From assembly GCA_958009085.1 (NCBI GenBank), contig OY253680.1:186001-250000 (forward strand): a DNA stretch of 64,000 nucleotides. Direction: 5' to 3'. The notes under the pieces are model-generated. The model saw nothing but the letters and a program-made list of their open reading frames with translations. It searched no databases and was not told where the DNA came from. Origin of the DNA: Protoeuglena noctilucae. Lineage: Eukaryota. Positions within the stretch are counted from its first letter, which is position 1. Each line of letters starts with the position of its first letter. Below, in pieces: positions 25,185-38,192 of the stretch. A program made the translations under genes and the position numbers.

Positions 25185-26093
25185 AAGGGAAGGGCTTCCC
25201 TCAACCCTCGACGCCTCGTGCTCGAAGAAGGGGAAGAGAGGCGAGCGGGCAAAACCGCTTTGCAAAGAGATACTCGTGAAGCTAGCAAGCAGCGCTGGCC
25301 GCGATCGTGCACACGCGCGCAACGCGGGACGCGCAAGCGCAGCCCTTAGGTCTCGGGCGTTACGGGACGTAGATGCCGGGATGCTTGTAAGGAGGATGAA
25401 ATGCGATTGTCGAAAATGCGCTTAAGCAGCACCCGGTCCCGACGTATTGAACTTCGGCGCTCGGGGGGGGCTCGCATGCGGAAACGGGCGGCAAGCTCGG
25501 ATTCGGCGCAAGAGGCTTCCGGCAAACGTTTTGTCGAAGTCGCTACACCGAAAATCTGTTCCTCTCCACGCTCATCCAAGCGACGGACTCACATTGCCAG
25601 CCGTGACAGCGCTGCGGCGGAGACCGCGAGAGCGAGGGCGAGGGCGGCGCCCGCCCAGACAGGAGGAGGGCCGGCTCGTGGCCTAGCCACCTCATGCCTA
25701 GCCCCTCCAAACATCGTCCTCTCGAGGCCCGCCTCGGCGCGGACCGCGCTGTTGTCACACCCCCGGGCCCTCGGGCCCTAGTTCCCACTCGACGCCCCGC
25801 GGAGGGCACGGAACGAGCAAGGCGATGCGCTTTGTTTTCTCCTCCCGAAACGTGGACTGCGTAACGACACGCCACCGAGCTCGGAAATGAATTTTTTTCG
25901 CGCCAGAATCAGCCCAGCCGGGTGGCGCCAGGAGCCAAGTTGCTCTCCCGTGCGCTTGCAGGGACACTCCGGCAATGCCATCGAGTAGTTGGTGTTGGCT
26001 TCACCGACCCCAGTGGACATCCTCGGTTTTCCTGGATACGTGAGCAGCAAGCTCACCGTGGCCGCTAGCCAAGGCCAAGTGGGTGGCGAGGTC

Positions 26094-26974
26094 ATGTCGA
26101 GACTCATAACACTCGCGCGCTGCATGCGTGCCGCGGCTGCGGACGCCAAAGGGGTTGCGATGGGGAAGGCTGCGGCTGCCCTCCACAGGTGCGCAGCCAC
26201 TGCAGGCCCGGGGGCAGGCCGCGCGCTCCCAGATCAAGCAGATGTCCTCCTTGATGCCAAATCCATGCTATTCGACTGATTGCACGGGTTTGCGCTCGAG
26301 ATCGGCGTCATTTCCGTGCGCGCGAACCCCACCTGGTTTTGGCGCGACGACGCGATGCCTGACGAGACGGCCGGCATAGCGTCGAGAGCCTATTTTGACC
26401 ACACATTCGAATCGCGACGCGCGGGGCTCAGGACCGCCGCACCTGACGTGCTGGGGCCTCACGTCAACATCCGCTCCCTCTCGCCCGCAGCGGAAGCATC
26501 GGCGGCCGCGTCGGCCAGGCGCTTAGGTCAGCGTATTCGAACGTGATGAAGCCTGGGTCGGTCGCGCAGCCGGGGATGGGGGCAGTGGGTTCCCGGAGGG
26601 CTGCAACAGCTGTGGCGGCTGGCCCCGCTCCTCTCTCCGCCCTCAGCCGTCCGGCGGGGCGTGGGATGCTTGGAATCGGTCTCACATCCGCGCTGCGAGT
26701 CGTAGACGCGCTGCGCGCCGGCGAAGGGGGCGAAGGGTGAGTGGCTGGCGGTCGCAAAACGCACGCTGCAACGTGCAGCAACACCCGGCGTGTTTGCGCG
26801 CATCCCGGTCGCTTCGGGCCCCCGCTTCAGTCGAGCGTCCTTTCTGGCGTTCCGCTCAGGTCTTTGATCGAGGGCGGTGAGGACGACGACACGACCACAA
26901 CGACTGGCGAGGGCAAGAAGGGTCGAATACGAGGGGCGGTCTTTGATGCGGGCATACGACCCGCACGGGACTAG
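26094..26974 (+). CDS. Hypothetical small protein with transit-peptide-like N terminus
   Basis: ATG exon MSRLITLARCMRAAAADAKG... ends at a GT donor; plausible last exon SLIEGGEDDDTTTTTGEGKKGRIRGAVFDAG. No domain recognised. Confidence 0.35.
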
Positions 26975-27169
26975 GGCAGCGGTGTCCGACAGTCGAACTT
27001 GAGCTCCTCTGTTACTTGATGGCCTGATGTACGTAGCGTGCGCATTGAGGTCGAGTAAGAGTTCAAGCTAGGGTGGTGCCACACTTGTCTTGGGAGCTAA
27101 GCAAGGAGGCAATGTATGCCACTCTGCACTATGAGGATAGATAATGTTCGCACTAGCTATGTTATGCAA

Positions 27170-30100
27170 TCACGGATCCACGGGACCACGAATCGCACCC
27201 CCCACCGCCACCTGCCCCCCGTCACCCATACCCATGCCTCGCCCCCGTGCCTGCGCAAAGCGCCCCATGCCCATCGCCACGGTCATTCCCACCACAACGC
27301 CGCTCAGCCCGACGATAAGCAAATCCTTAGTGTCCCAGCCCCATCCAGTACCCTGCAGCGACACCCCCATCGCATGACCGGCTGCTGCCTCATATGCTGA
27401 CAGCTCCCCGTCTCCTCCACCCCCACGAGCCCTTTCACCACTCCCATCACGACCGCCATTGCCACCTCCATTACCGCTTCCATTACCACCCCCATCACCA
27501 CCCCCCTCCCGATCCCCCACCCCTGTAGCACTGCCACCCTCTTCACCTCCTCCCCCAGGCGAGGTCCCCGCAGGCCCCACAGCCGCCTCCGTCCCCCCAT
27601 CTGCAACAGGTGTCTCCACCCCCACCGCCGCACCGCCGCCGCTGTCAGGCGTCACTGCCTCGCTCCCGCCAGTATCGGTACCACTATTGGTGCCCGTGGG
27701 CGTCCCCTCGGCACCAGTACTTGAACCAATCTCGGTGCCAGTCGCAGTGCCAGTCTCTACACCAGTCTCTACGTCAGTCTCCACGCCCGGAGTCCCACCC
27801 TGCTCAGGTGCCGCAGACCCACCCGCAGTTTCCATGTCCCACCACCAGCCGCCAAGAATGGACCCATTGCTGCCCCCGTCCGCCCCCGCCCACCCCTCCC
27901 ACTTGCGCCGCTCGTTGCCCTGACGCGCCAGTCGGAGTGCCAGAATGTTCCATAGGGTCTCCCAGGCGTCCTCGTTGCCCGTCTCTCCCAAGTAACTCCC
28001 CGACTGAAGGATGCCGCCCTTTTTTACAAAGTTGGTGTAGAGCAGCCGCTCCCACTGCGGGTGGTAGATAGAGCAGAACTAATGAACGCAGCAAATGATC
28101 GAAACGGAATCATATAACGTATTACCATGTCTGCCTTACGCCACTCACCAGTCACCACTCAACACCCGCATGGTCGCGTTAACACCATTCACCCCGTCAC
28201 CACTCACCACCCTTGTCTCTCTCAAGCACGCCACCATGTCCGCGTAACGCCCGTCCGCCACCATCGCCTCCAATGTCTCCTTCAGCCCAGGCATCCCCTC
28301 CCTCGTCACCGTGACGCTGCAGCGGTGCCAGTCGATGTCCGGGTGCTCGTTGAAGGGGTACGTGCGGCCCCACACCGTGCCGTCCACCTGAAGCCATTGA
28401 AATCACGGTCATTATGATTGACGATGAGTTATTATAGGGGTTGGAGATGCATGGGGACGTCGAGAGAGGGTCGACAGTGAAGGGTTGCAATTGACGAAAC
28501 AAGCAAGCGGGAGAGGATAGTAAGGCATCGGTGGTGATGGCAGGGGGAATAGGCACCTCCAATAAGCTGAGCAATGCACGCATCTCACCCAATACACGGG
28601 TATACAGCCGAACAGCACCGCGTTGAGGTATCGTGCCCCGTAGCCCAGAGTGAAACCGAAGGGCTGCAGGGGAGCGGAGGATGAGGGTGACATGGGTATC
28701 AGCAAGCGCAGAAACAGCAAGGTGGCATGAGCGGGCAATCACGCACAATCACCATGCAGTGTGTTCACACGTGCAGACCCTCGCAGTCACGCTGCAGTGT
28801 GGTAACGCAAGCGTGCAATCCTTCACAGTGACGCTGCAACTGCTCACCACATAGCAGAACTTGGCCTTGCTCATCTCCTCAGGCATGGGCAGGGAGTTGG
28901 GGTCTGCGGGGCGTGGGCAGGGAGTGGAGGGTCTGCGGGGCATGGGCAGGGAGTTGGGCAGTCCTGGGTCTGCCAAACACTGCTCACCCTGCCCTGCGCA
29001 CAGCACGGTCAACATACAACCCACCACACAGCGATCGATCGATACAACACCCGCCACATAACTCGATCCAACAGCCCCACAGCCCGCCATGCAGCCCAGC
29101 ACGCGGCACCCCGCACCGTTCGCCCCGCCCATGCGCACAGCGACCTTGAAGCCGGTCGTGTTGCGGTGGTAGTGGATAAGAGGGTAGCGTCCCGTGAGAT
29201 CGGACGCTTGCATGTCTGCGATCCGGTCCATGTTCATCCCGCCTGGCACCAGGCCCGCCCAGTACAGCAAGGTGGGGCGGTCGGCCCCTGCAGAGGTGAA
29301 GCGACAGAGACGTCACGCGGGGTGGTACCAGGTGGTGTGAAACGAGTTGGCGAGAGGTTGCTGTTGAGCTTGCTTACTGGCTATACCGGGGTGGAGTACG
29401 AGTCGGTAGAGTTTGTTGTTGATCTTGCTATTATGCATACATAGGATTTGTGGTACGAGTTGGTGGAGTCTGCTACAGAGCTTGCTATAGAGCTTTGTAT
29501 ATCAATATAGTCTCACAGTCAAGGCCAGCCTCACCATTTACATCGCCCTTGTTCGCGTTGTCGGGTGACCATGGGGACTTGGCTTGCAGGTCTTGGTAGG
29601 AGTAGCCGTGCATGGGGCCATTCAAGGACGCGTGCGATGGTGGGATGCCTATGTCCTTCCCCTCTTGGAAACAACTCCAACACACACCGCTCGAGGGGCC
29701 CCTGGGGGTGGACGACAGGGGCGATAGCTGGGTGAGGCCTTGTGGGCATCACACATGCACTGCGCTTTTCACACAAGCAACGTGCTCATCACATGCTCTG
29801 TGCTTAGTCCACATCCACCCTACCCGTCGCACACGCACCCCTGCCCATCACACCCACTAGATGCCTATCACCCCACTCCATCCTCAGTCACTCACATGGT
29901 ACCCAAATGGTGCTGCAAGTAGAAGAAGTGTCGCTTTTCGCTGGCTGGGTTGAAATCGTCTGGGAAGCCTCGGAAACCGACGTGCCACATGTTGGGATGA
30001 TAGTCCGTCAAACCGTGGTCCAACACGCCCATGCCGAAGTGGCGAGGGAGCGTGTTTCCCGACATGGACTGGCGATAGGGGGGCCAGTAGTCCCGCAGCC

Positions 30101-31720
30101 AGAAGAGGTTGGCGAGCAATGCGTCGACGGGCATGTACTGCGATCAGACCACGAGAGAGCATGAGTGACGACTGACGCAAGAAGACAGGTCGGCGACCCG
30201 CCCACCTCGACCATGTTCTGCATCAACAAGCAGCAGTTAGTCACTCACATATAACACTCACCATGCTCTGCGTGAAGAAGAAGTAATTGGCCTCCCGGGG
30301 GTCCCCGACACGCCTGGGGTCCGACAGCACATACGGCCACCAGTCCCCGTGCTCCCAGAAGTTCGGCTGGGAACGGAACTGCGGCGGCTGGTCCACCACG
30401 TAAAAGGTAGGCGACCGAGGATCGAACGCGTCGCGCTCGGCGTCGCCGGCATCCGCGCCCGCCGCCCCGCGCACGCCCTTGGGCACGAGGGAGTAACGAC
30501 TGATGTCGTAGTTGACGTCCACGACCGCGCGCCGCGAGTCTCCGGAACCCTCCCACCGCACGGCGCAGTCGATGCCCCAGTAGCCCTTCTCGCACAGGCA
30601 CAGGCCCTGGGGGGACGGGGGCCAGATGGGGCGTAAGAGCCGTGGTAATGCAGGAGCCCCTGTGCAGCGGCATATGCGTGCGTTGAAGATGGGCATTGAG
30701 ATTGGGGACTGGTCGGTGCCAAAGAGCAACGTGCGCTTCTGGGCACCAGTCGCAAGCAAGCTCCTCTCGCCTTGTAGCACGATCCTCGGAAGTTGCACTG
30801 GTTGGGGCAGGACCGCAGGAGCCACTCCCCCTCGCTGCAGCCGCCCGGGCAATGGCAAAAGGGCGGGGTGTTGTCATTGTGGCGGCGGCAGAAGCCCTCA
30901 TGACCACAGCTGCGGGCAGCAAGCGACGGGTGAGCGGTGAGCCCACACCCGCCAGCACCGACGCAGGCCCTGTGCGCTGCAATCCACCAGCCGCCGCACC
31001 TGTTGGCGGTGACGCGGACCTCGGTGCATAGGGACATGTCACGGATCTCCCCCAGCGCGACGCTCACGCTCGTCACGTGCGTGCCCCCTCGAGGCAGCGC
31101 GTGGTCCGGCAAGTCGACGACAGGGTAGCCCTCTTGCATCAGCACCGCCCGGATGCGGTTGCGGTACCTCGCCGCCGTCGGTTGCGCAAAGGCCCCGTCC
31201 AGCGTCGGGTCGTCTACGTCATAACAAAGCCACGCGTGGCCGGAGCGCCCGGCCCAAAATCGGCCCAGCTGCTGCGCGCACGCGCACGTCAGGGGCCCCA
31301 CGATCTCGACCGTGCGCACGAGCCCCGTCTCCGCGAATTCCGCGGCCTCCGACTGCGGATCGGGGTCGGGCAGCGGGCCGGGGAATGTGACGGTGACCGA
31401 GTAGAGGTGCATGCCCTCCGCGGTGAACGGGCGGCCCTCCTCTCCCAGCGAGCACGCCGGTAGGAGGTTTCTGCGGCGCGGGATGGCGTCCGTTGCGCAG
31501 GAATCCGGGCAATCGCTGCAGCATGGCGCGCAGAACATCCATTTCCTCACCGCGAGCAATCGGCACCGCAAAAGCCCGAGATACAGGAACACTCTCGCAG
31601 CAATTCGTTGCATGTCCCACGCCCGCTGCAGCTCCCCGGGCAAGCGCTGTCGGCTCTTGCCGCCAGCGGCAGCCACGCCACGAGCAGCGCTAGGGGCAGG
31701 GCACTGCGCCAAGCCGACAT
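27170..31720 (-). CDS. Exostosin-family (GT47) glycosyltransferase with EGF-like domains and a C-terminal hydrophobic segment
   Basis: Signal peptide; CPGSCSGRGTC...CSCISGFCGADC and CPNQCNFRGSC..GLCLCEKGYWGIDC; RRVGDPREANYFF, EMSKAKFC, GYGARYLNAVLFGCIPV and PFNEHPDIDW motifs. Confidence 0.88.
28882..28973. repeat. About 29-nt unit, 3 copies, spanning a GT47 acceptor site and exon start
   Basis: ggcatgggcagggagttggggtctgcggg repeated with small variations. Confidence 0.9.
29341..29490. repeat. Degenerate 55-60-nt intronic tandem repeat, 3 copies
   Basis: acgagttgg...gagcttgct, acgagtcgg...gatcttgct and acgagttgg...gagcttgct units. Confidence 0.6.
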
Positions 31721-32246
31721 CTCCCACCCGCAAGGCTTCACGTCTGCATAATCCTGGCTCGCTGCTCAACGATGCAGCGGCCAAACAGCCTGTGGGCAAT
31801 CACCGGTCACCCAATATGATCGCGGGAAGCGCAAAAGTGTGATGAGGGCGTCAGCCTCCTTGGCCTGAGCGCCTGGGAGGCATGCACCCGGCAATAAATC
31901 GCCATTCGCGTGCGCGCAGGGGCATCTGAAGCATTTTGGCGGAAACTTTGGTCGGGGAGGGCTATGAGTATGTGCAAGAAACCGACGGAGTGCCCCCCGG
32001 GTCCCCGCGATGCCTTCCGTGACATCTGCTCAGCGCGGCGAAGGCGGTGGAACGCTGCTGCGCCCGGACTGGGCGTCTCCGCTCGCGCTTCGGTGCGCTG
32101 GGACGGTGCACTGCTCACGACGAGCTGCCTCGACGCCACGGCGGCCTGCCGCCATACCGCTTGCACTCGTACCAACCCAACTTCAACCTCCCATCCCCAC
32201 TACCGAAACCCCAGTGCCAGCCAGCTGGCCAGCAGCGCAGCGCCGC

Positions 32247-33217
32247 TCAGAAGCGGAGCTTGGTGAAGAACCACCGCTGCTTGCCCGTCTTGAACTTGGC
32301 CTCCAGAACCTTTTTCGCCTCCTTGTTGGCCTGCACGCGGGCCGTCGCCGTCATCTTCCCCTTGCCCGTGGCCTCCTTGGCCGCCGTCACCACGTCCATG
32401 GTCGCGATGTTCTTGAGCGCCTCCTCGTCGAGCGAGTAACGCGTGGGCATCAGGTGCCGGAAGTTCACGACCTTGATGAACGTCTTGAGCTTCATGCGGC
32501 GGGCCTGCACCTTCTCCGTCGCACCCTTGGTCACCTGCGCGGGGAGGGGACAGATGCATCGCCTCAGCGCCCGCAACAGGCCCCGCATCGAGCCCCGAAC
32601 GCTGCCGAACGGCCGCGGGACGGCGGGCGCCGCGGCGCGAGGGCCACGGCCGGCGCTGGCCCCAGCACGCGCTGCCGAGCGCGCGGTGAGCCAGGCCCGC
32701 CGGCATGGACGTCGCCGGCGTGGCCACAGCCGCAGGAACATCGAGAGCGGCGACCGGTGCCCCTGGTGGCTCGCCCCGCGCGCCCGTCCGGCCCATCACC
32801 TTCCGCGGAGGCTTGGAGAGCCCCACGACGAGAGCGTGCCCGTACGAGCGCCCCGTCTGCCCGTCATCGTACGTCTTGACGATGACCGCCTTCTTCCCGG
32901 CGTACTTGCCGGCGAGGCAAATCACCACCTTGCCCGGCTGCAGGGGGGGAGTGTGGGCACGTCGCGGGCAGCGCTGGGGTCGTAGCGGCGACATCAGACG
33001 CAATTACTAGGGTCGGTGAGCAAGAGCAGCGCCTGCCGGCCCGGGGTCTGGCCGCGAGCGGGTCGACGGGCCCCCGCGGCGCGTCCCGGCGCCTACTGCC
33101 GGTTCGGCAGCCCGGTCGCGCTAAATGATGTCCGCAAGAGACCCCAGCGACCCCCGCCGTCCCCAGCTCCCGCTCCGCCGCGCCCCCGCGTCGCCCCACC
33201 TTCAGGAACTTCCCCAT
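32247..33217 (-). CDS. RPL27: 60S ribosomal protein L27 (eL27), 3 exons
   Basis: MGKFLK|PGKVVICLAGKYAGKKAVIVK...|...FIKVVNFRHLMPTRY...KTGKQRWFFTKLRF*. Confidence 0.97.
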
Positions 33218-33424
33218 CGTGCAGCCGGGAGGACGCCGAGAAGAAGAGGAAAAGGGCGGGCGAGGTTCCGAGCCCCGTCGCTTGGCCTGGGCCCGGTCCG
33301 TCCAGCGGACGTCAGGGTCCCTGATGTCAGGTGCTGCGCTTCTCTTTTTAGCGTTCCCGCGGCCGCCGGTGCACCTCCGCCGTGTGCCACATCAACCGTG
33401 ACAACCGGGCATCCCACAGCGGAG

Positions 33425-35556
33425 ATGCGGGGGACTGTCATGTTGGCTCAGGGCCTCGCAGGCGCCGCGAAGGGTGGCAAGGGCCGTTGGGCCAGCAGGT
33501 GAGGTGTTTCGTGGCGCCGCTTTCTGCAACTTGTGGAAGACTTTTTAGAGAAGGGGAATCGACCATGAAGTCGTTCGTTGGTCGAGGGCGGAGCCAGCAT
33601 GCCACCGTTAGGGCAGGGAATGATTTTTCGTCAAAACCGACGTCTCGCGCCCTGCGCTCAGGGTCCACGTGGCCACGGGCCGAGCTCTCCGCGCGCCGGC
33701 GCCACGTGCGGGCGCCCGCACCCAGGGCCGCGCGCCGGGGGACGAGGAGGCGCTCGGCCGCATCAACTCGTTCCGAAAGGAGGGCGGCCGTGCGCCCCCG
33801 AGCGCAGGGAATACCAATGGGGATCGCGGGTCCAGCCCCTCTTCGAGCCCCGCGTCCCCCGCTGGCCGGTTCGGGAGGACTGCGCTCGACGACCGGGAGT
33901 GGGAGACGTGGGGGGAGTCCCCTGCAGCGGACCGCCCCGCGCGACCTGCGAGGGGTCCCGGCCGTGACCGAGCGGAAGATGGGGCGCAGGACGGCGGCGA
34001 CTGGGACGCCTCGCCAGGGCCGCGGTGGGGCCGCGGCAGGGGCGAGGACGACGGGGGCCGCGAGTATGGCGAAAGGAGGAGGTCGGGCGGGCAGGAGGAG
34101 ACGTGGCGGCGCGGGGGTTGGCGCGGCGGTCGCGGGGGCGACCCTGGCGACCGGGAGCGGGACTGGCGTGGCGCTGGCCGCGACCGCGGGGGGCGTCGGG
34201 GGGACTGGAGTCCGTGGAACCGTGACCGAGCCTCGCCTGCCGGGGAGAACCCCAGGGCTGCCTTGCAAGGAGGTGCGTCGTTTGGAAGTTGTGCCGCACC
34301 TGTCGGTGGCTGCGGCTCTGCTTTTGTAACGATGATGGACGCAGCCCCCGCAGAGTGCCTGTACGGGTCGTCGCCGGTGGTGGCCGCCCTGTCCGCGGGG
34401 CGCCGGGAGGTGTACAAGGTGTTTGTGCAGGAGGGCCTCGGGTCATCGCCGACGAAGGGGCAGGTGGGTCGGCACCAGGCGGGGATGTCGAGCGGCATGG
34501 GATGCATTACACCATATAACCCAGACCCCTTCAGCTGTCGTTGTCAATCACGAATCAAGTTTTCTACACCTTTCTCGCAGGGCGGCAAGGACCCGGCGTT
34601 GGCCGCACGCATCCGTCGGCTGGCGGAGGCGGCGGGGGCGATTGTCGAGGAGGCGTCCAAGCATACGCTCAACTTGCTCAGCGAGAACCGCCCGCACCAG
34701 GGCGTGTGCGCGGACGTGGGGCCTCTCACCATGCCCGAGCTGGGCGAGGTGCCTCGTGAGTGGGCCGCGTGCATGCGTACCCTCACGCTTACCCCCATGC
34801 ACGGCAGCCGCGTCACGACCTGGCGAACACACCGGGACACGCGGCTGCGCTTGTCCCACGCAGGCGTCGCGGCCGGTGCGCGTCCACTGTGGCTGGCGCT
34901 GGACCAGGTGTCTGATCCCCAGAACTTGGGCGCCGTGATCCGTTCGGCGCATTTCTTGGGAGTCACCGGCGTGGTGTTGTGCGCGAAGAATTCCGCCCCG
35001 CTCTCCCCCGTGGTCAGCAAGGCCAGCGCCGGGGCGCTGGAGGTGAGGTCGCGGTCGCCCTTAACGCAGAGAGAGCCTCGCTCGCAAGCGTGCCCTGAAC
35101 CCTGGTCGCCACCCCTTCGCAGGTGATGGAGATCCACGAGGTGCGGAACCTCCCGAAGTTCCTGACCAGGTGCCAGGAGGCGGGCTGGGACGTGTACGGG
35201 ACTGACGCGGGGCCTGAATCTGTGGATGTGGCCCAGGTCGTGCCGGGGGGCCCCTGTGTGGTGGTCATGGGGTCTGAGGGCTTCGGCCTCCGCGCTCTCG
35301 TGCGGCAGGCGTGCTCGAGGCTCGTACGCGTGTCGGGCGCCCCGACCAGCACACACGCGGTGCGTGCGCTCGCCATGTATGCGCCACGGCTGTGACGCAC
35401 GGCAGGGGAGTTGGCGCAACTCAAACTTCACTTCGCGTTTCGCCACTCACGCAGGCGGACGGGTTCGCTGTCGATTCGCTGAACGTCAGCGTCGCAGCGG
35501 GAGTCGTCCTTCATCAGCTGTTGCTCCACAGGGACGCAAAGCCCGCCAGCCAGTAG
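33425..35556 (+). CDS. SpoU/TrmH-family rRNA 2'-O-methyltransferase (MRM1/RlmB-like), probably organellar
   Basis: LYGSSPV, RPHQGV, LDQVSDPQNLGAVIRSA, VMGSEGFGL and DSLNVSVAAG motifs, after an R/G/D-rich N-terminal extension. Confidence 0.92.
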
Positions 35557-35578
35557 GCAGCCTCGCGAATCGCGGACC

Positions 35579-36634
35579 CTATGCAGACTTGTTTTCGGTC
35601 GCTGCCGCCCCCTCCTTGCCCTGCCGCCTAGCGCGGGCAGCCTCGAAGCGCGCCCGCAGCTGCGCGCCCCACCCCTGCTTGCGCATGCCCTCCGGCCCCT
35701 CACAGGGCAGCGCGGCTGCCGAGTTGGTGAAGAGATCGAGCACCACGAAGGCAAGGATAGGCGACAGATCGATCGCGCCGCCGATCGGGGGGATGATGCC
35801 CCGGAAAAGGCCCAGGTACGGGTCCGTCACCGTAGCGAGGGGCTCAACCACAGCGGCGGGCGGGTTGGGGAACCAGGTGAGGATGAGACGCACGACGAGG
35901 GCAGCGTTGTACAGGCTCAGGAAGGACGAGATGCCCTGCGGGGTTGGGGCCCTGGCCATGTGACGGTGAGGCCAGCGACGCTGTTGCGCGAACATGATTC
36001 TGTGCACAAGCCCCCCGGCGTCACCTGCGTGAGCACGGCCTCCGCGGCCGTGTCCCCCGGAATCACCGCCGCGAACTTGCTGCCCCGGAACGACACAATG
36101 CGCCGCGGGGGGCCTGCTTCCGGGTTCCTGGCCGAGAGCGAGAACCCGCCGTTCTCCCTGCGCGTGCGGGTCAGGCAAGGAGGTCGTACAAGAGATCGCG
36201 GATATGTACGCGACGGGCAGGCTGCTGCCGCGCCGAGGCCGCTTCAGCGCACCGCCCGGCAGGCTCTACCACACCACACCACACGCAAGCCGTCTCTGCA
36301 CGCGCTGGGCCGACCGATGGCCATCTACGGGTGCGCTGGTGGTTTCACGTACACGCACGCGGTGACGTCTAGCCCCCGATGGGCGAAAGCGCGAGCATCG
36401 GCGCGAGGAGCACCGCACGATCCGTTCCACTCACCGTTCCCGGGCGACCACCTGCACGCGCTCCCGGAACGCCCTAAACTCCTTCACCACTTCCTCGATG
36501 GGATTCATGGCGCCAGCGCAGTCCCTTTTAGCGGAAATAGATGCGGAGTGTTCGAGCGTGGCTAGGAACAGGCCTAACGTCGCTGGCGTTGCGATGGACT
36601 GCCACCCCCGAGTCAATGGCCGAGCTCTCAACAT
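35579..36634 (-). CDS. YGGT/YlmG-family plastid membrane protein (YLMG2-like)
   Basis: FAAVIPGDTAAEAVL|GISSFLSLYNAALVVRLILTWFPNPP...DPYLGLFRGIIPPIGGAIDLSPILAF. 5' exons tentative. Confidence 0.9.
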
Positions 36635-37147
36635 CAAGACCGCCGCGCAGGAGAAGGCAGGCGCTCTTGACGACGCGCCAGAGTTGGATTGACCTCCCCC
36701 GCCTCAGCTGAAGGCCCGCTGGGCGACGCCATTCAGCCCCATCGTAACTCGTTCGCCTGGCGCACTTGTACGCACCGATTGCTCTGCTGAGCCCTTGAAT
36801 TTTTTGGCTCGTCGACTGAGAGCCGCTTGGCCGAGGCACGGAGGGACTCGCTGCAGCATTCACGACTTCGAAACGTTCGTTGCAAATGCTCGGGTGAGTG
36901 CAGGCAGCGCGTGCGCGCAGAGCAGGCGCCTCATCCAGGAGGATCCGGCGCTCTCGTCCCTCAAGAGCTCGTACGCACGGCCATATCCGCGCGCTTAGGC
37001 GATGGTTGTCGGTTGTGGACGTTGTGGCCGCCGCTCGGGCCTCCAGTGCCACCTGCTCGCTCGGGAGGCGTTGGCAACTGCATCCCGCGCTGTGCGGAGG
37101 AGCCACGCGAGCGACAGTCGCAAACCGCTCGCCTGCGCTACAGGACG

Positions 37148-38192
37148 ATGTACGGGAACGCGTGCATGGCAGCGCGCAGGGCGCTGGGTGGCCCAGCCGC
37201 GAGCGTGGGGCCGGCCCGGCCCGCAAGCCGGTCGCTCCCCGCGCGCACGCGGTCCCAGGCTGAGACCAGGGCAGAGGCGCGTACGGAGGACACGGCGGAG
37301 GACGCGCCAAGCACTTCTGGGCTTGCGTCGGAGGCGCCCCGGGCTCGCAAGGACACGCTGAGCAAGACGGGTGCGTGGCGCCCCGCTGGCCGAGGCTGCC
37401 TGGCCGCGCGCGGCTCCCTCTCACGCCGCGCCGCGCTCTCTTCCCGCAGCGAAGGACATCGCGACCACCTTCGCGCCGCGCGCGTCGGGGAGCACGGGCA
37501 AGAACCAGGCGGTGAAGGGCTCCTTGCTCTACGAGATTTTCGTCTGGCAGGGGTGGCTGTCCGCGGTGGCGGGCGGCCTCCTAAGCTTCAACCTCCTTTT
37601 CCCTTCGGACCACCCGGACATCGCCCGCCTCCTCGGCATGTGGAGCGTGTGGATGCTCACGGTCCCCAGCTGGCGTGCGCGGGAGGTGAGCCTGGCAAGT
37701 CTGGGCGATCGCGTGCGCAGCGCAGATGACGCGAGTGGTGACATCGCGAACGATCCACTAGTGCGGCACTTGCATTTGAGCTGGGGGCGCGGCCTCTTGC
37801 CGGTCACCTCCCAGGCAAGCGCAGTGCCAGAGGAATGTAGGGCGCGTTTTCCACCCGATGCCCCTTGCCGGTGGGGCCCCGGGCGAGACGCGCTGCACAC
37901 CCCAACTCACCCCTGGACGTGCGGCCCTGAGATCCCATACCTAGCATCGGGACGACGACCACGCGTACTTTGGTCGGCGTGACCCAACGCCGACCCTGGG
38001 CCATCCCTGGTCTGTTCGCAGTGCACGGCTGAGGAGAAGGACGCACTGAACGTGCTCTTCCTGGGCATGCCCGTCCTCAACATCATGCTCCCTTTCGTGT
38101 GGAAGAGCTTCGCGTTTGTGTGGAGCGCGGACATGGTCATGCTGTTCCTCGTTTACAACTGGAAGAACGCGCTCCGGTACCTCCTCCCCTGA
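37148..38192 (+). CDS. RPH1: RESISTANCE TO PHYTOPHTHORA 1-like chloroplast membrane protein, 3 exons
   Basis: TFAPRAS..KN, GGLLSFNLLFPSDHPDIARLLGMWSVWMLTVPSWRARE|CTAEEKDALN and PFVWKSF match the plant RPH1 family as I recall it. Confidence 0.85.

Noticed and set aside
27459..27923. Pro-rich + strand ORF resembling a cell-wall HRGP
   Set aside because: It is the antisense shadow of the Gly-rich GT47 stalk and has no signal peptide or real start.
32010..32879. Long + strand ORFs here and many similar Arg/Pro/Ala-rich ORFs in the track
   Set aside because: Shadow frames of real genes (here RPL27), expected at this GC content.
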